Notes under the pieces: generated by a model
The model's input: only the letters and a program-made list of their open reading frames with translations
Told to the model about the DNA's origin: nothing
The model's database searches: none
Part shown: piece by piece, positions 1 to 12,480 of the stretch
Layout: every line of letters starts with the position of its first letter
How positions within the stretch are numbered: position 1 is the first letter of the stretch
From: the human T2T-CHM13v2.0 reference genome, Homo sapiens
Length of the DNA: 64,000 nt
Assembly (NCBI RefSeq): GCF_009914755.1
Contig: NC_060927.1
Reading direction: 5' to 3' (one strand)
Made by a program: the position numbers and the translations under genes

Positions 1-389
1 GTTGTATATCTGATAAAAAGATTCATAACTCAAGGAAATCAGGTTCTCAACTTTCAAATGCATTCAGAAACAAATCAAATGATTTTATACTTTTAAAATT
101 AAAACATCAAATCAGATATCAATCATACATTTCAAATTGAAATAAAAAGGAATCCTAGAATAGACTGCAATGCAAATTCAAGACTGGGTCACAGAATGAT
201 TCTTTAGTAATCACAGGTGAACAGGCTGAGTTGAATCAGGCAGTATCTGCTGTATCAATACCTTAAACTTTTTAACTGGCATTTGGTTTTGTAACCAATT
301 ACATTATGTGTGGCCTGTGTCTATCTCAAGTTTCTTTTTCATCTCCAAACTTTCATTGTAAATTCTTTCAATATTTTAACCTCCTTTTA

Positions 390-1100
390 TTGGAAAATTT
401 TAAACAAATACAAGAGGAGACAGAAAGGCATAATGAGCAGAATAGACTCATTAACTAGATTTTATAATTATTACTTCATAACCAATATTTTTAAAAACTG
501 TACTTCCACCCATTTCCTTCTACCCTGTTTAATATTAAGAAGCAAATCCCAGACACTATGTCATTTTACAGCCCACTTAGGTCATTCACATGTCTTTAGA
601 AGGAGGTAAGGCCTTAAAACTAAAAAGACTCACAATGCCGTTATCTCATCTAAGATTAATAACAATTTTTTTAATATCATGGACTATTTAGACAGGGTTC
701 AGGTTTCAAATTGTCTTACATGAATCATTATTATTTCTTAGTTTGTCTAAGTCTGTATTTAAAGAAGATTTTTGTGATTGGTTGATATTCTTCTTAAGTC
801 TCTTAACCTGTCAGTTTGCTTCTTAATTTCTTATTTTTTTCCTTGACATTTATTTGTTGAAGAAAGTGGGTCACTTGTTCTATAGAGTTTCCCAGTGTAG
901 ACTGTGCTGAATTGATCTCCATGGTGACATGATGTCATTTAATATATTTTTCTATAAATTGATTGTTTAATCCAGAGGCAAACTCAAATGTGATGTGTGT
1001 GAGTGTGTGTGTGCGTGTGTGTATGTGTTTGAGTGAGATTACAGCAAGCAAGACAAATTCCTTAGTGGAGTACCCCATCAAAAGTAATATCTGGTTGTCT
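390..1100 (-). mobile_element. Old L1M (L1MC/ME-like) 3' UTR fragments
   Basis: Degenerate similarity to L1M 3' UTR motifs, e.g. 'ttgacatttatttgttgaagaaagtgggtcacttgttctatagagtttccca'; boundaries approximate. Confidence 0.4.
994..1028. repeat. Imperfect (TG)n microsatellite
   Basis: tgtgtgtgagtgtgtgtgtgcgtgtgtgtatgtgt seen directly. Confidence 0.9.
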
Positions 1101-2483
1101 CTTCAACCTTTTTGAAATCACTTTACTTGGGTAAATCAAATTGGGTACCCCCTGTCCAGGTTGCAGTTAATTTTTTTATTTTTTTTGCCGTGTGACTAGA
1201 GTTATTTGAATTCTGCTCTCCTCTTTCCTCTTTGTAACATTTTCCTTTCTGTGGGAGTAGCACTAATTGAATCCCTCTCCCCTGTTTTATATTTTATTTT
1301 ATGTCTCATGGGCCACAGTTACAGTATTGATGAAAATCTACCAAGTAAGTTGAGCTTCTTTCTGTGTCAGCAGAGATGAGCCTAGTGCTCCAAGTAATCG
1401 TTGTACAGGCCATATATCTGAAGCAGGGGGGTAAATCCTCTTGAAAATAGGTAAGTTTTAACCTAATATGTAGAAAAAGTGGATGACTTTTAGGGTTCTT
1501 GGGAACTCCAACTCTCCAAACAACCCCCTCCTTGACTTAAAATTCCAAAAAGAATTTCTTCACTTCTTTGACCTAGGCTTGAGTCTCTTTTATAATATAT
1601 TTAACTTATCAGTACTTTATTACATCTTAATGTGAATAAATCTTTCTGTTATTTCCTGGGATGTGACTTTGAAAGGGGAGGTTAGAGATCTTGCTAGGAG
1701 CTGGTCCTTATGGTGAAGGCTGAGAAGGAAAGTCCGATCTGGGCTTAAGGTATATACTCAGGAGTCACATGCTGGGGAGATTAAATTAAGTCTGGGGCAG
1801 GCCAAGAGGGGGAAGAAGGGAGGTGATGTGATGCTTTGGATTCACCTGGATCATGATCTAAAATTTTAGATTATTCTTGAACCCAACCAGTCTCTCCCAG
1901 GTTTATTATCTTTGGATCTTGAATGATAATTTTTTTTTGACTATCAACATAATACTCTACTCCGTTAGCAGTTAAGCAAAAACTCACCTGCCTTGGGTAA
2001 ATTTATATCTCCATTATTGCTGAAAAATACTAATAGTTGAATGAAGTGTTCATTTTGGTTGGCAAAGCTGTAGAATAACAATAGCTGGAATGCACAGTGC
2101 CAAGATCAGCAACCCAGTACACTACTGACTTCAAAATCAAGGGCACTGTAATTGAATTCTAAAATGTAACAGTTGAAAGTAATTTTTTTTCTGTTTATTT
2201 GACAAAACCTGTTCCTAGAGAATAAATAGATACTGACATAAATACTTAAATGGCTGTTATTTGTGAAGGAAACTGTACTTAAAAGTAGTTTTTTCTCTAG
2301 CTTTCAGACAAGCCAAACCCAGTTTATCAAGATTTGTCATTGAGGTGGTAATAGAATATATCACCAGGGTTTTTATATTTCCATTGTTCCCCTTGCAGAC
2401 AGCAACTTTGCAGAAAGCAATTATGTTGAAGTGACTCATATGCCATCAAAATTATTCCTGTTGAAGGTAATTTCAGCAATAAA

Positions 2484-2847
2484 ACAGTTTGTACTTTCCC
2501 TCCTTAGACACTGTTAGCATGAGGCATTTAAAAAAAATCTGTAGAGACCCATCTCTCTAATCCAATACGACTAATGTCCTTATGGAAGAAATGGCATCTG
2601 AAGAGGCAGAGACACATACAGAGAAAAGGCAATGTGAGGACACAGAGAGAACATCATCTACCAGCCAAGGAGTGTCTGAGACCACCGGAGGCTAGGAAAG
2701 AGGCATGGAACAGATGATCCCTCACAGCCCTCAGAAAGAACCAAGCCTGCTGACACCTTGGTCTTGGACTTCTAGCCTTCAGAACTGCAAGGCAATAAAT
2801 TTCTGTTGTTTAAGCCACCCACAACATTTCTGTTGTGGTACTTTGTT
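2484..2847 (+). repeat. Left arm of 364-bp inverted repeat (partner 3998-4361)
   Basis: Manual alignment to the reverse complement of 3998-4361: ungapped, about 18 mismatches. Confidence 0.97.
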
Positions 2848-2872
2848 ACGGCAGCCCTAGCAAAATGATACA
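2553..2872 (+). mobile_element. MaLR solo LTR, MLT1B/C-like, 5' truncated
   Basis: 'gacaccttggtcttggacttctagccttcagaactg...aataaatttctgttgtttaagccaccc...ggtactttgttacggcagccctagcaaaatgataca' matches the MLT1 3' end. Confidence 0.85.
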
Positions 2873-2923
2873 GTTGGGAAATCCAGTGAAAAAGAAATGC
2901 ATTCTTTGAAAACAGAGTGAGCA

Positions 2924-2943
2924 AGAGAGAGAGAGAGAGAGAG
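2924..2943. repeat. (GA)n microsatellite
   Basis: Seen directly. Confidence 0.9.
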
Positions 2944-3119
2944 CAGTTGGGGTAAAACAATGGCAGATGGATGTCAAAGTTTTTCAATAAAAAAAGATGA
3001 CTTTTCATTAATAAAGACTATAGTCTGAGACCCTCTTGAGTCTCCAGATCTTTTTCCCTTCAATTCTTCCTAATGTCTTCTCTAACTCTCTCCAACTTCC
3101 TTTCTTGGCGGCATGCATG

Positions 3120-3480
3120 TTTTATTCTTTAAAACACACTGAATTCCTACCATGAGCCAGTCACTGTGCTGGCCACGGAGGCATGAATGGCCCCAGCCCT
3201 CATGGAGTGCCCAGTCCAGAGTGAGTAACAGTCATGCAATCTGGATATCAAGGACAGAGTGGTAAGGGCTGTGGTGGAGTAACTACAAGGGAAGCTAAGA
3301 CTACTCTTAGGAGGGACACCTAATCTGATTTTTGTTTGTCATATAGAGCTTCCTGGAGGAATTGACTCCTAGATTTGTGGAGACCTAAAATGAGTGGAGA
3401 AAAGTGTTCCACACAGGGTGAACAGCACATGAAGTCTGGAAATGAAATTCATGACTGTGTCTTAGACTGTGAGTTAGGAA
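3120..3480 (-). mobile_element. L2 LINE fragment
   Basis: 'cctaccatgagccagtcactgtgctgg...ccagccctcatggag', 'tgttccacacagggtgaacagcacatg' resemble the antisense L2 3' region. Confidence 0.6.
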
Positions 3481-3539
3481 ACAGTGAGAGATGAGTCAGA
3501 AAAGGTTGGCAGAATCCAGGCTGTATGATCTTTGAAGCC

Positions 3540-5030
3540 ATAAATACATCTTTTGACTTATTCAAAAGCATACTGGAGCAGTGAAGGGACTCATGCTGAA
3601 AAGAGCAGCGAGATTTGTGCTTGGACTGGTCATTCCATTTACCTGAAGATGGCAAGTTGAACACAGGCAGAAATCTCCCCTTCCACTCTATCATATGGAG
3701 TTGATATCAGTATATTAAAATTGTATTACTAAATACATCTTATGCTTGAAAATAAGAAAAGGGAAATAAAAATCAGAAATCCAGAAGCTTGCCAAAAAGT
3801 GAGGGGAGAGGAAGTAGACAGGAATCCATGATAGTAATAAGGGCCTAAATCCATTGGGCTTTTAGGGGACTGGGATTGTGGAACTGGAGCCTTTCAATAT
3901 TTGGAACCAGGGCTGACACCATTCTATCTGCCCATGGCTGGGGGCTGAAAGGGGCTACCTGTTCTCAGCAGGGTCCAGAGTTCCTCTGCCACACAGAAAC
4001 AAAGTACCACAACAGAAATTTTGTGGGTGGCTTAAACAACAGAAATTTATTGCCTTGCAGTTCTGAAGGCTAGAAGTCCAAGACCAAGGTGTCAGCAGGG
4101 TTAGTTCTTTCTGAGGACTGTGAGGGATCATCTATTCCATGCCTCTTTCCTAGCCTCTGGTGGTCTCAGACACTCCTTGGCTGGTAGATGATGTTCTTTC
4201 TGTGTCCTCACACTGCTTTTCCTCTGTGTGTGTCTCTGCCTCTTCAGATGCCATTTCTTCCATAAGGACACTAGTCATCTTGGATTAGAGAGACTGGTCT
4301 CTACCGATTTTTTTTAAATGCCTCATGCTAAGAGTGTCTAAGGAGGGAAAGTACAAACTGTCTGGAAATAAGGCAATCCTTTGTTTACCTGGTCTAAGCC
4401 TGGTCTGGAGCTCTCCCTGATACAGAGCTGGGGATGAGGCAACTGAAGGAACATATATCAGGAGACTGTCACAACCCAGAATGCATGTAGGAGAAACCTG
4501 TGAAAGATGAGTGTAAGATAATTAGAAAGTATTTGAGGAAGAGCAACATCATTAAAGATAGACAACAAACAGCATGAATGGGATAACTGATACTTGAGCA
4601 GTTATAGCTAATGCAGGAATAAAGAAAGAACTTTAAAATAAATATATGATTATCCAAGAGACAAAGTAGGAAATGGCAACTGTAAAATAAGCTGGAGAAC
4701 AAATTACCAAACTTGAAGATCAACCTAAAGAAGTCTCTCAGAATGCAGCACGAAGAAATAGAGAAGACAAATAGCAAAGAAAGGTTAAGAGATCATGAGA
4801 ATGGATTCAGAAGATTCAGTATACATTTGATGAAATACGTAGGAGAGAATTTTGAATGGCCAATATATGAATGAGAATTTTCCAGAAGGAAGTATAGATA
4901 TGAATCTTTGAGTTGAAAAAAATCCCATGAAGTAATAAAGAGGCAAAAAATATGTATATAGATATTATGCTCAAACTTTGGAACATTAGATACAATAAGA
5001 GCACCCCTAAATTCTGTCAGAGATATGATA
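3540..5030 (+). mobile_element. Old L1M 5'/ORF1 region, interrupted by the inverted duplicate
   Basis: A-rich ORF1-like text such as 'aacttgaagatcaacctaaagaagtctctcagaatgcagcac...aggttaagagatcatgagaatggattcagaag'. Confidence 0.6.
3998..4361 (-). repeat. Right arm of 364-bp inverted repeat (MLT1 fragment plus ~70 bp of its flank)
   Basis: Reverse complement of 2484-2847; both arms give the peptide TKYHNRN.VGGLNNRNLLPCSSEG in the ORF track. Confidence 0.97.
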
Positions 5031-5035
5031 TTGAT

Positions 5036-5535
5036 CAGCAGTCCCCAACATTTTTGTCATCAGGGACAGGTTTCATGGAAGACAATTTTTCCATGGATGG
5101 GGGAGGGGTTGGTTTCGGGATGATTCAAGTGCATTAACATTTATTATACTTTATTTCTATTATTACATTGTAATATATAATGAAATAATTATACAACTCA
5201 CTATAATTAGAATCAGTGGGAGCCCTGAGCTTGTTTTCCTGCAACTAGATGGTCCCATCTGGGGGTGATGGGAGACAGTGACAGATCTTCAGGCATTAGA
5301 TTCTCATAAGGAGTGTGCAACTTGGATCACTCACATACACAGTTCACAATAGGATTTGTGCTCCTATGAGAATCTATTGACTCCACTGATTGGACAGGAG
5401 GCAGAGCTCAGGTGGTAAGGTAAGCACTGGGGAGCAGCTATAAATAAAGATGAGGCTTTGCTGGCTCACCTGCTACTCGCCTCCTGCTGTGTGCCCTGGT
5501 TCCTACAGGTCTGTGGCCTGGGGGTTGGGGACCCC
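5036..5535 (+). mobile_element. MER1A (hAT-Charlie non-autonomous DNA transposon)
   Basis: Ends 'cagcagtccccaac' and 'gttggggacccc' are inverted; internal 'tttcatggaagacaatttttccatgga' and 'caggcattagattctcataaggag'; about 500 bp. Confidence 0.9.
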
Positions 5536-5704
5536 AATACAAAGTAAAAGAATAAACATTAAAATAATGTCATGTTTTCTATTAACAATATTAGATGCCA
5601 TAAACAACAGGACAATATCTAAAAAACTCAGAGAATAATATCCTTTAATACAGAAATATTTATTATTCTAAATTATGCATCAGAAATTAGGGTTAAAGAT
5701 CTTT

Positions 5705-5869
5705 GGCTGGGCATGGTGGCTCATGCCTGTAATTCCAGCACTTCTGGAGGCTGAGGTGGGCAGATCAAGAGGTCAGTTGGAGACCAGCCTGGGCAACATG
5801 GTGAAACCTCATCTCTACTAAAAATACAAAAGTTAGCCGGGTGTGGTGGTGCATGCCTGTAATCCCAGC
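5705..5869 (+). mobile_element. AluS-like element, left monomer plus start of right monomer only, fused to L1
   Basis: Starts 'ggctgggcatggtggctcatgcctgtaat', has linker 'ctactaaaaatacaaaa', stops at 'gtaatcccagc'. Confidence 0.93.
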
Positions 5870-6806
5870 AAAGGGCTAATATCCAGAATCTACAATGAAC
5901 TCAAACAAATTTACAAGAAAAAAACAAACAACCCCATCAAAAAGTGGGCGAAGGACATGAACAGATACTTCTCAGAAGAAGACATTTATGCAGCCAAAAA
6001 ACACATGAAAAAAATGCTAACCATCACTGGCCATCAGAGAAATGCAAATCAAAACCACAATGAGATACCATCTCACACCAGTTAGAATGGCAATCATTAA
6101 AAAGTCAGGAAACAACAGGTGCTGGAGAGGATGTGGAGAAATAGGAACACTTTTACACTGTTGGTGGGACTGTAAACTAGTTCAACCATTGTGGAAGTCA
6201 GTGTGGCGATTCCTCAGGGATCTAGAACTAGAAATACCATTTGACCCAGCCATCCCATTACTGGGTATATACCCAAAGGACTATAAATCTTGCTGCTATA
6301 AAGACACATGCACACGTATGTTTATTGCAGCACTATTCACAATAGCAAAGACTTGGAACCAAGCCAAATGTCCAACAATGATAGACTGGATTAAGCAAAT
6401 GTGGCACATATACACCATGGAATACTATGCAGCCATAAAAAATGATGAGTTCATGTCCTTTTGTGGGACATGGATGAAATTGGAAATCATCATTCTCAGT
6501 AAACTATCGCAAGAACAAAAAACCAGACACCGCATATTCTCACTCATAGGTGGGAATTGAACAATGACAACACATGGACACAGGAAGGGGAACATCACAC
6601 TCTGGGGACTGTTGTGGGGTGGGGGAAGGGGGGAGGGATAGCATTGGGAGATATACCTAATGCTAGATGACGAGTTAGCAGGTGCAGTGCACCAGCCTGG
6701 CACATGTATACATATGTAACTAACCTGCACCTTGTGCACATGTACCCTAAAACTTAGAGTATAATAATAATAAATAAATGAATTAAAAAAAAGAAAATAA
6801 AAAAAA
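5869..6806 (+). mobile_element. L1PA2/3-like 5'-truncated LINE-1 (ORF2 C-terminus, 3' UTR, A tail)
   Basis: ORF 6042-6560 is the L1 ORF2 C-terminus ([18 protein letters not shown]); G-rich 3' UTR tract; A-rich tail. Confidence 0.97.
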
Positions 6807-6811
6807 TCTTT

Positions 6812-7950
<1,139 letters not shown>

Positions 7951-7964
7951 GTGATACACTACCC

Positions 7965-8368
7965 TTAACATGAGAAAAACCCACAAACACCCAATTTAAA
8001 CCATGAGCACAGGACTTGCACAGACATTTCTCCAAAGAAGATAGACAAATGGCTGATGAAGCATATGAAAAGATACTCAACATCACCAATCATGAGGGAA
8101 GTGCAAATCAAAACCAAAATGAGAGCAACCTAAATATCTATAAATGGATCAATGGATAAAGAAAGTCTCACATATACATGCAATGGACTATTATTCAGCC
8201 TTTAAAAATGATGGAAATTCTGATACATGCTACAACATGGATGAATCTTGAGGACATTATGCTAAGTGAAATAACCCAGTCACAAGTGGCATGGTTGTAG
8301 ACTGAAACACACACTTAAAAATGGTTAAGATGTTACTTTTACGTTATGTGTATTTTATCACAATTGAA
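7965..8368 (+). mobile_element. L1MB-like 3' fragment with internal deletions
   Basis: 'gacatttctccaaagaagatagacaaatggc', 'ttctgatacatgctacaacatggatgaatcttgaggacattatgctaagtgaaataa', 'cacttaaaaatggttaagatg'. Confidence 0.8.
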
Positions 8369-8399
8369 ATACAAATAAGGATACTCCCCTTGATGTATT

Positions 8400-8760
8400 T
8401 TGGAGAATGGTTTAATGGGGACAAACACAGGTTGGATAGACACCAGCTGGAAAATTTTTCTGTGAATCAAGAAAGATATAACAGTGACTTTAATTCATGT
8501 AGTGTAAGTGGGACTGAAGTCAAAGGGAGGGATTGAGAAATAACTAGAAGGTAGGAACAAGAGTACTCAGTGAATGACTAGATGTGAGTGCAAAGGGAGA
8601 GAGAAGCCACTTTCAATGCTTGGTTTCAGGATTGGACAACTGTGTGAATGTTGGAGCCATTTTCTGAGACAATACACCCAGGAAGAGGAGCAAGATCTGG
8701 CGGACAAGATGAGGAGTTTAGCTTAGACTAAGACGAGTTTGAGATGTCTCTGAAATGTCT
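8400..8760 (-). mobile_element. L2 fragment
   Basis: 'tgaatgactagatgtgagtg', 'aagatgaggagtttagcttagac...gagtttgagatgtct'. Confidence 0.6.
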
Positions 8761-9424
8761 AAGGGTCCAAAATCTCTTTCTTCACCCTCTTCATTTTCTC
8801 TTTATTTCTTCCACTAAAATGCCCACTGGCTTTCTTTCTATGCACACTTTCACAGATAAACACAATTTTGTTGACTTTAGGAGTGTTCCCACATCACTGC
8901 AGCATAGATCTTAGTGGGTAGATCCTGGGATTACTCAAATATGTACTTGTCTTAAACAGGATTTATTTCCCTAAGTTCAAAGAATGCTTAATGCAGTGGA
9001 ACAGATTGTGTTTCCAGTGGACACAAGAATCCCAGATGCAGAACACTAACAAGAAGCTTGCATAAGCACAAGGCCAAGTTCATTTCATTCTCATTTGCTA
9101 TAATGCAACTCTTCTACAATTTCACTGATGGTGTAGATAAGACAATTCACAGCTGTCACTGAGACTGGGACCTGCCAGCTGTTGTCTTTTGCTCTGATTT
9201 CTTTCCTGCAGATAAAATGTTTTGTAGAAATAACATAATGGGTCCCCAAGTTTGGTTTGTTTATATTTTGTCATCTGTTGTGATGCCAACAGAGCATATT
9301 CAGGACATAATACTTAATGTAGAATGGTGGTGAATCAGTCATGTTCTGATGTTGTCCATTTGGTAGCAGTCATTGAGGAAGATGCTTTTCCCACACAAGT
9401 GTGAATATAATAATAAAAACAAAG

Positions 9425-9625
9425 ACCCTACATTCAGGTGAACTAGGTGCAATCCTGGCTGGTTATGTGATTCTGAGTAGGTTTAACCAGCCTGAATCTC
9501 AGTTTCTTTATCTTTAATTAAAACGATGGGAAAAGCCCCTGGTTTATAGTTATTTTATAGATTAAAGGAGATATATGTGAAGGTATCTATTATAGTACTT
9601 AACATATTGCAGGCATTAACAAATA
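9425..9625 (+). mobile_element. MIR SINE
   Basis: Core 'tgtgattctgagtaggtttaaccagcctgaatctcagtttctttatct' and MIR 3' tail. Confidence 0.65.
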
Positions 9626-10555
9626 TTAATTTCTTTTCCCTTGTAAACTGTTCTATGATTAATACCACATTTTCCCAGGCCATCCCAACCTGAAGGTAAA
9701 AAGGGGACCACAACAGCAGCATAAATGTCCCCAGCCTCTTGCATGGGGCCTTATAAGTTCCGTTCAAAGCAATTCTCCCAAATTTGTAGAGTGCCCAGGA
9801 TTGTCTCACACACGCTGATAAGCACAGCATTCTTCGCTCACACACAGAGCTTGCCTTCTTTGTCTTTGCCTTGACTGTTCATGACCCTTTGCTGGGACTG
9901 GGATTGCTAATCCTGGTAAGGCCAATGCAAAGATGTCAAGAACCTTTTGATGACTTTGGGAAGTTGGGAAATTCCCTCCTACCACTGATAGCTTCCACCT
10001 CCTGCCACTTAGGCTAGATGTTTTATAGAGCCAGTGCCATTCTCTGGGCCAATCCACAGTGTGCCAAAACCACTTTGTTTCCTTCCCTGATGTGTCAAGA
10101 TCTATTTTCTGTCTTTATATTAACATTAATTGTTTTAGTTTGTATTTTCAGCCACTTTCTTCTTGGGGACCTAATTATGAGTTCTTAGGGCCTGGGCCAG
10201 AGGAAAATTTGACTAACGGATATCACACCAAAAACCTGCTCTCCCTCCTAACACTGAAGCTTTATTAGAAGGCCAAGCTTTTATGTGAATGCCTGTCTTC
10301 TCTGAGGATAAGTGATTTTACAAGAGTTATTTTCAATTCCTCATGCCAGTCACCCTCCCTCCTCCCAGTCCCCTTAGGGCCACCTCAGCAGTCTTCCAGA
10401 TGTTCTAAGGTAAATACTCCTGTGTTCTAGTTGAGAATCCTGCCACAGTTTCTCATGTAGGAGGATTTTTAGAGACTCTTTTTGTTTTTTTAAAGAAGAC
10501 TTTTCCTCTAAAGAGTAGGAGGAAGACTGGGAAAAAAACATGAAATAATTATTAC

Positions 10556-11270
10556 TTTTTTTTTTAAATTTTAGGGGCACAAATGGTTTTTGCTTAAATG
10601 GATGAATTGTATAGTGGCGAAGTCTGGGATTTTAGTGCACCTGTCACCTGAATAGTGTCCATTGTACCCAGTGTACCCAGTAGGTGGTTTTTCATCCCTC
10701 ACCCCACCTCCCACTCTCCCCACTTCTAAGTCTTCAAGGTTCATCATACTACTCTGTATGCCTTTGCATACCCATAGCTTAGCTCCCACTTACAAATGAG
10801 AACATGTGGTATTTGGTTTTCTGTTCCTGAGTTACTTCCCTTAGGATAATGATCTCCTGTTTCATCCAAGTTGCTGCAAAAGACATTATTTATTTTTTAT
10901 GGCTGAGTAGTATTCCATATGTATACCACGTTTTCTTTATCCACTTGGTTGGGGACTTAGGTTGATTCTACATCTTTGCAATTGTGCATTATGCTGTGAT
11001 AAACATATGTGTGCAGGTGTCTTTTTTATATAATGGCTTTTCCTTTGGATAGATACCCAGTAGTGAGATTGCTGGATCGAATGGTAGACCTACTTTTAGT
11101 TCTTTAAGAAATCTCCATACTATTTTCCATAGAGGTTGTACTAATTTACATTCCCACCAACAGTGTATAAGTTTTCCCTTTTCATCACATCCACACCGAC
11201 GTCTATTGCTTTTTGACTTTTTAATAATGGCCATTCTGGCTGGGGTATCTCATTATGGTTTAATTTGCAT
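10556..11270 (-). mobile_element. L1PB-like 5'-truncated LINE-1
   Basis: Poly(T) then 'atggatgaattgtatagtggcgaagtctgggattttagtgcacc'; minus ORF 10989-11234 is the ORF2 C-terminus; TSD-like atgaaataatt/atgaaatgatt. Confidence 0.9.
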
Positions 11271-12284
11271 TCATTATGAAATGATTGTGATAATTCTGGA
11301 TGTGAGAGAGTAGGGGGGATTTTAAGGAAGGGTCGGGGATGTGGGGACCTGAATATGGGCAGTGGTCATGGAAAGAAATGGGCAGATTCTAGAGGATTGA
11401 TGAAAGAACAAACAAAGGTAATCAGTGACGACTGGAGAAACAGGACTTGAAGGTTGTCATGGATGATTCTGAGTTTTCTGGGAATTTGTGCCTCTAAAGT
11501 TGATTTGTCTGAATAGTAAAAATTGAAATCCCAAATCCTTAATGGAAGTTTTCAGAGTCCTGTACCCCTTGCCAGCCATCCTGCTTTAAAATGACTTGCT
11601 GTTCAAATTCTTCAGTGTCTCTTTCCTTTGCTTTCCTCTAAGCACCAGGCTTGTGCGTGAGAGGCTATAACTTGTCTTCTTTCCTTCATGTAGGTTGGTG
11701 ATACAGACTTGCTGGTCCTCGTGAACGTGCTGGTGATTTGGACTCCAAGGGCAATCTGTCTGTCAGTTTTGACAGTATTGTCTAGTCTCAGTGAGAGATG
11801 GAAGGAAGACCACTGAGATTTCTCTGAGTCTGAAAATAGATACTCTTCTTAGCATTCAAATTTGCTTTGAAGGAGCATTCTTCACATGCCCATGGTCAGG
11901 AACAGTTTAAGTAGTGTTAGGATCCAAAAAGTTGATTGGATTTCCCCGCCTCTCTTCACAGTCTATATTTAGGCCCCAGCCTATCAAAAATATTTAAGAG
12001 GAGTATTTGGCATATTTCTGAAATGTTATTTTTGAAATATTATGCTGAGCATTTAAGCAAATGAACGACACAGGGACAGCTTTGGGCAATGCTATGAGTG
12101 GGTCTCCAGCACCCCTTTCTCTTCATTAGTGTTCTCAAGCTGATCTCTGGTTGCTTAGAGCTCTTCACAGAGGACTTCATCAGGACTGGCCTTCAAAATC
12201 CCTGCTGCTAAGCCTTTCCTTTCCCAGATCCCATATCAGATTGTCATGTTCCTAGAGGACTGAACATAGTCAGTGGTCTAATAA

Positions 12285-12480
12285 ATAATAATGATAGATA
12301 TGGTTTATTGAGTGCCTGGCATGGTGCTTTTCATACATTATCTCATTTTATTCTCACAACAGTTTTGGAAGTATTACTATCCCTCTTTACAAATGAGGAG
12401 AGACTGAAACACCAAGACTGTCATTAAGTTGGATAAACGTCATGCAGCTTGTAAGTGCCAGAGATAGAATAGGACCACAG
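12285..12480 (-). mobile_element. MIR SINE
   Basis: 'tttattgagtgc...cattatctcattttattctcacaac...tttacaaatgaggag'. Confidence 0.75.

Noticed and set aside
1371-1450. Candidate exon (ttctttctgtgtcag ... tag|gtaagt)
   Set aside because: Stops in all three frames and no other support; such motif pairs arise by chance.
11694-11820. Acceptor-like site followed by a 40-codon open frame
   Set aside because: No convincing donor and no recognisable peptide.
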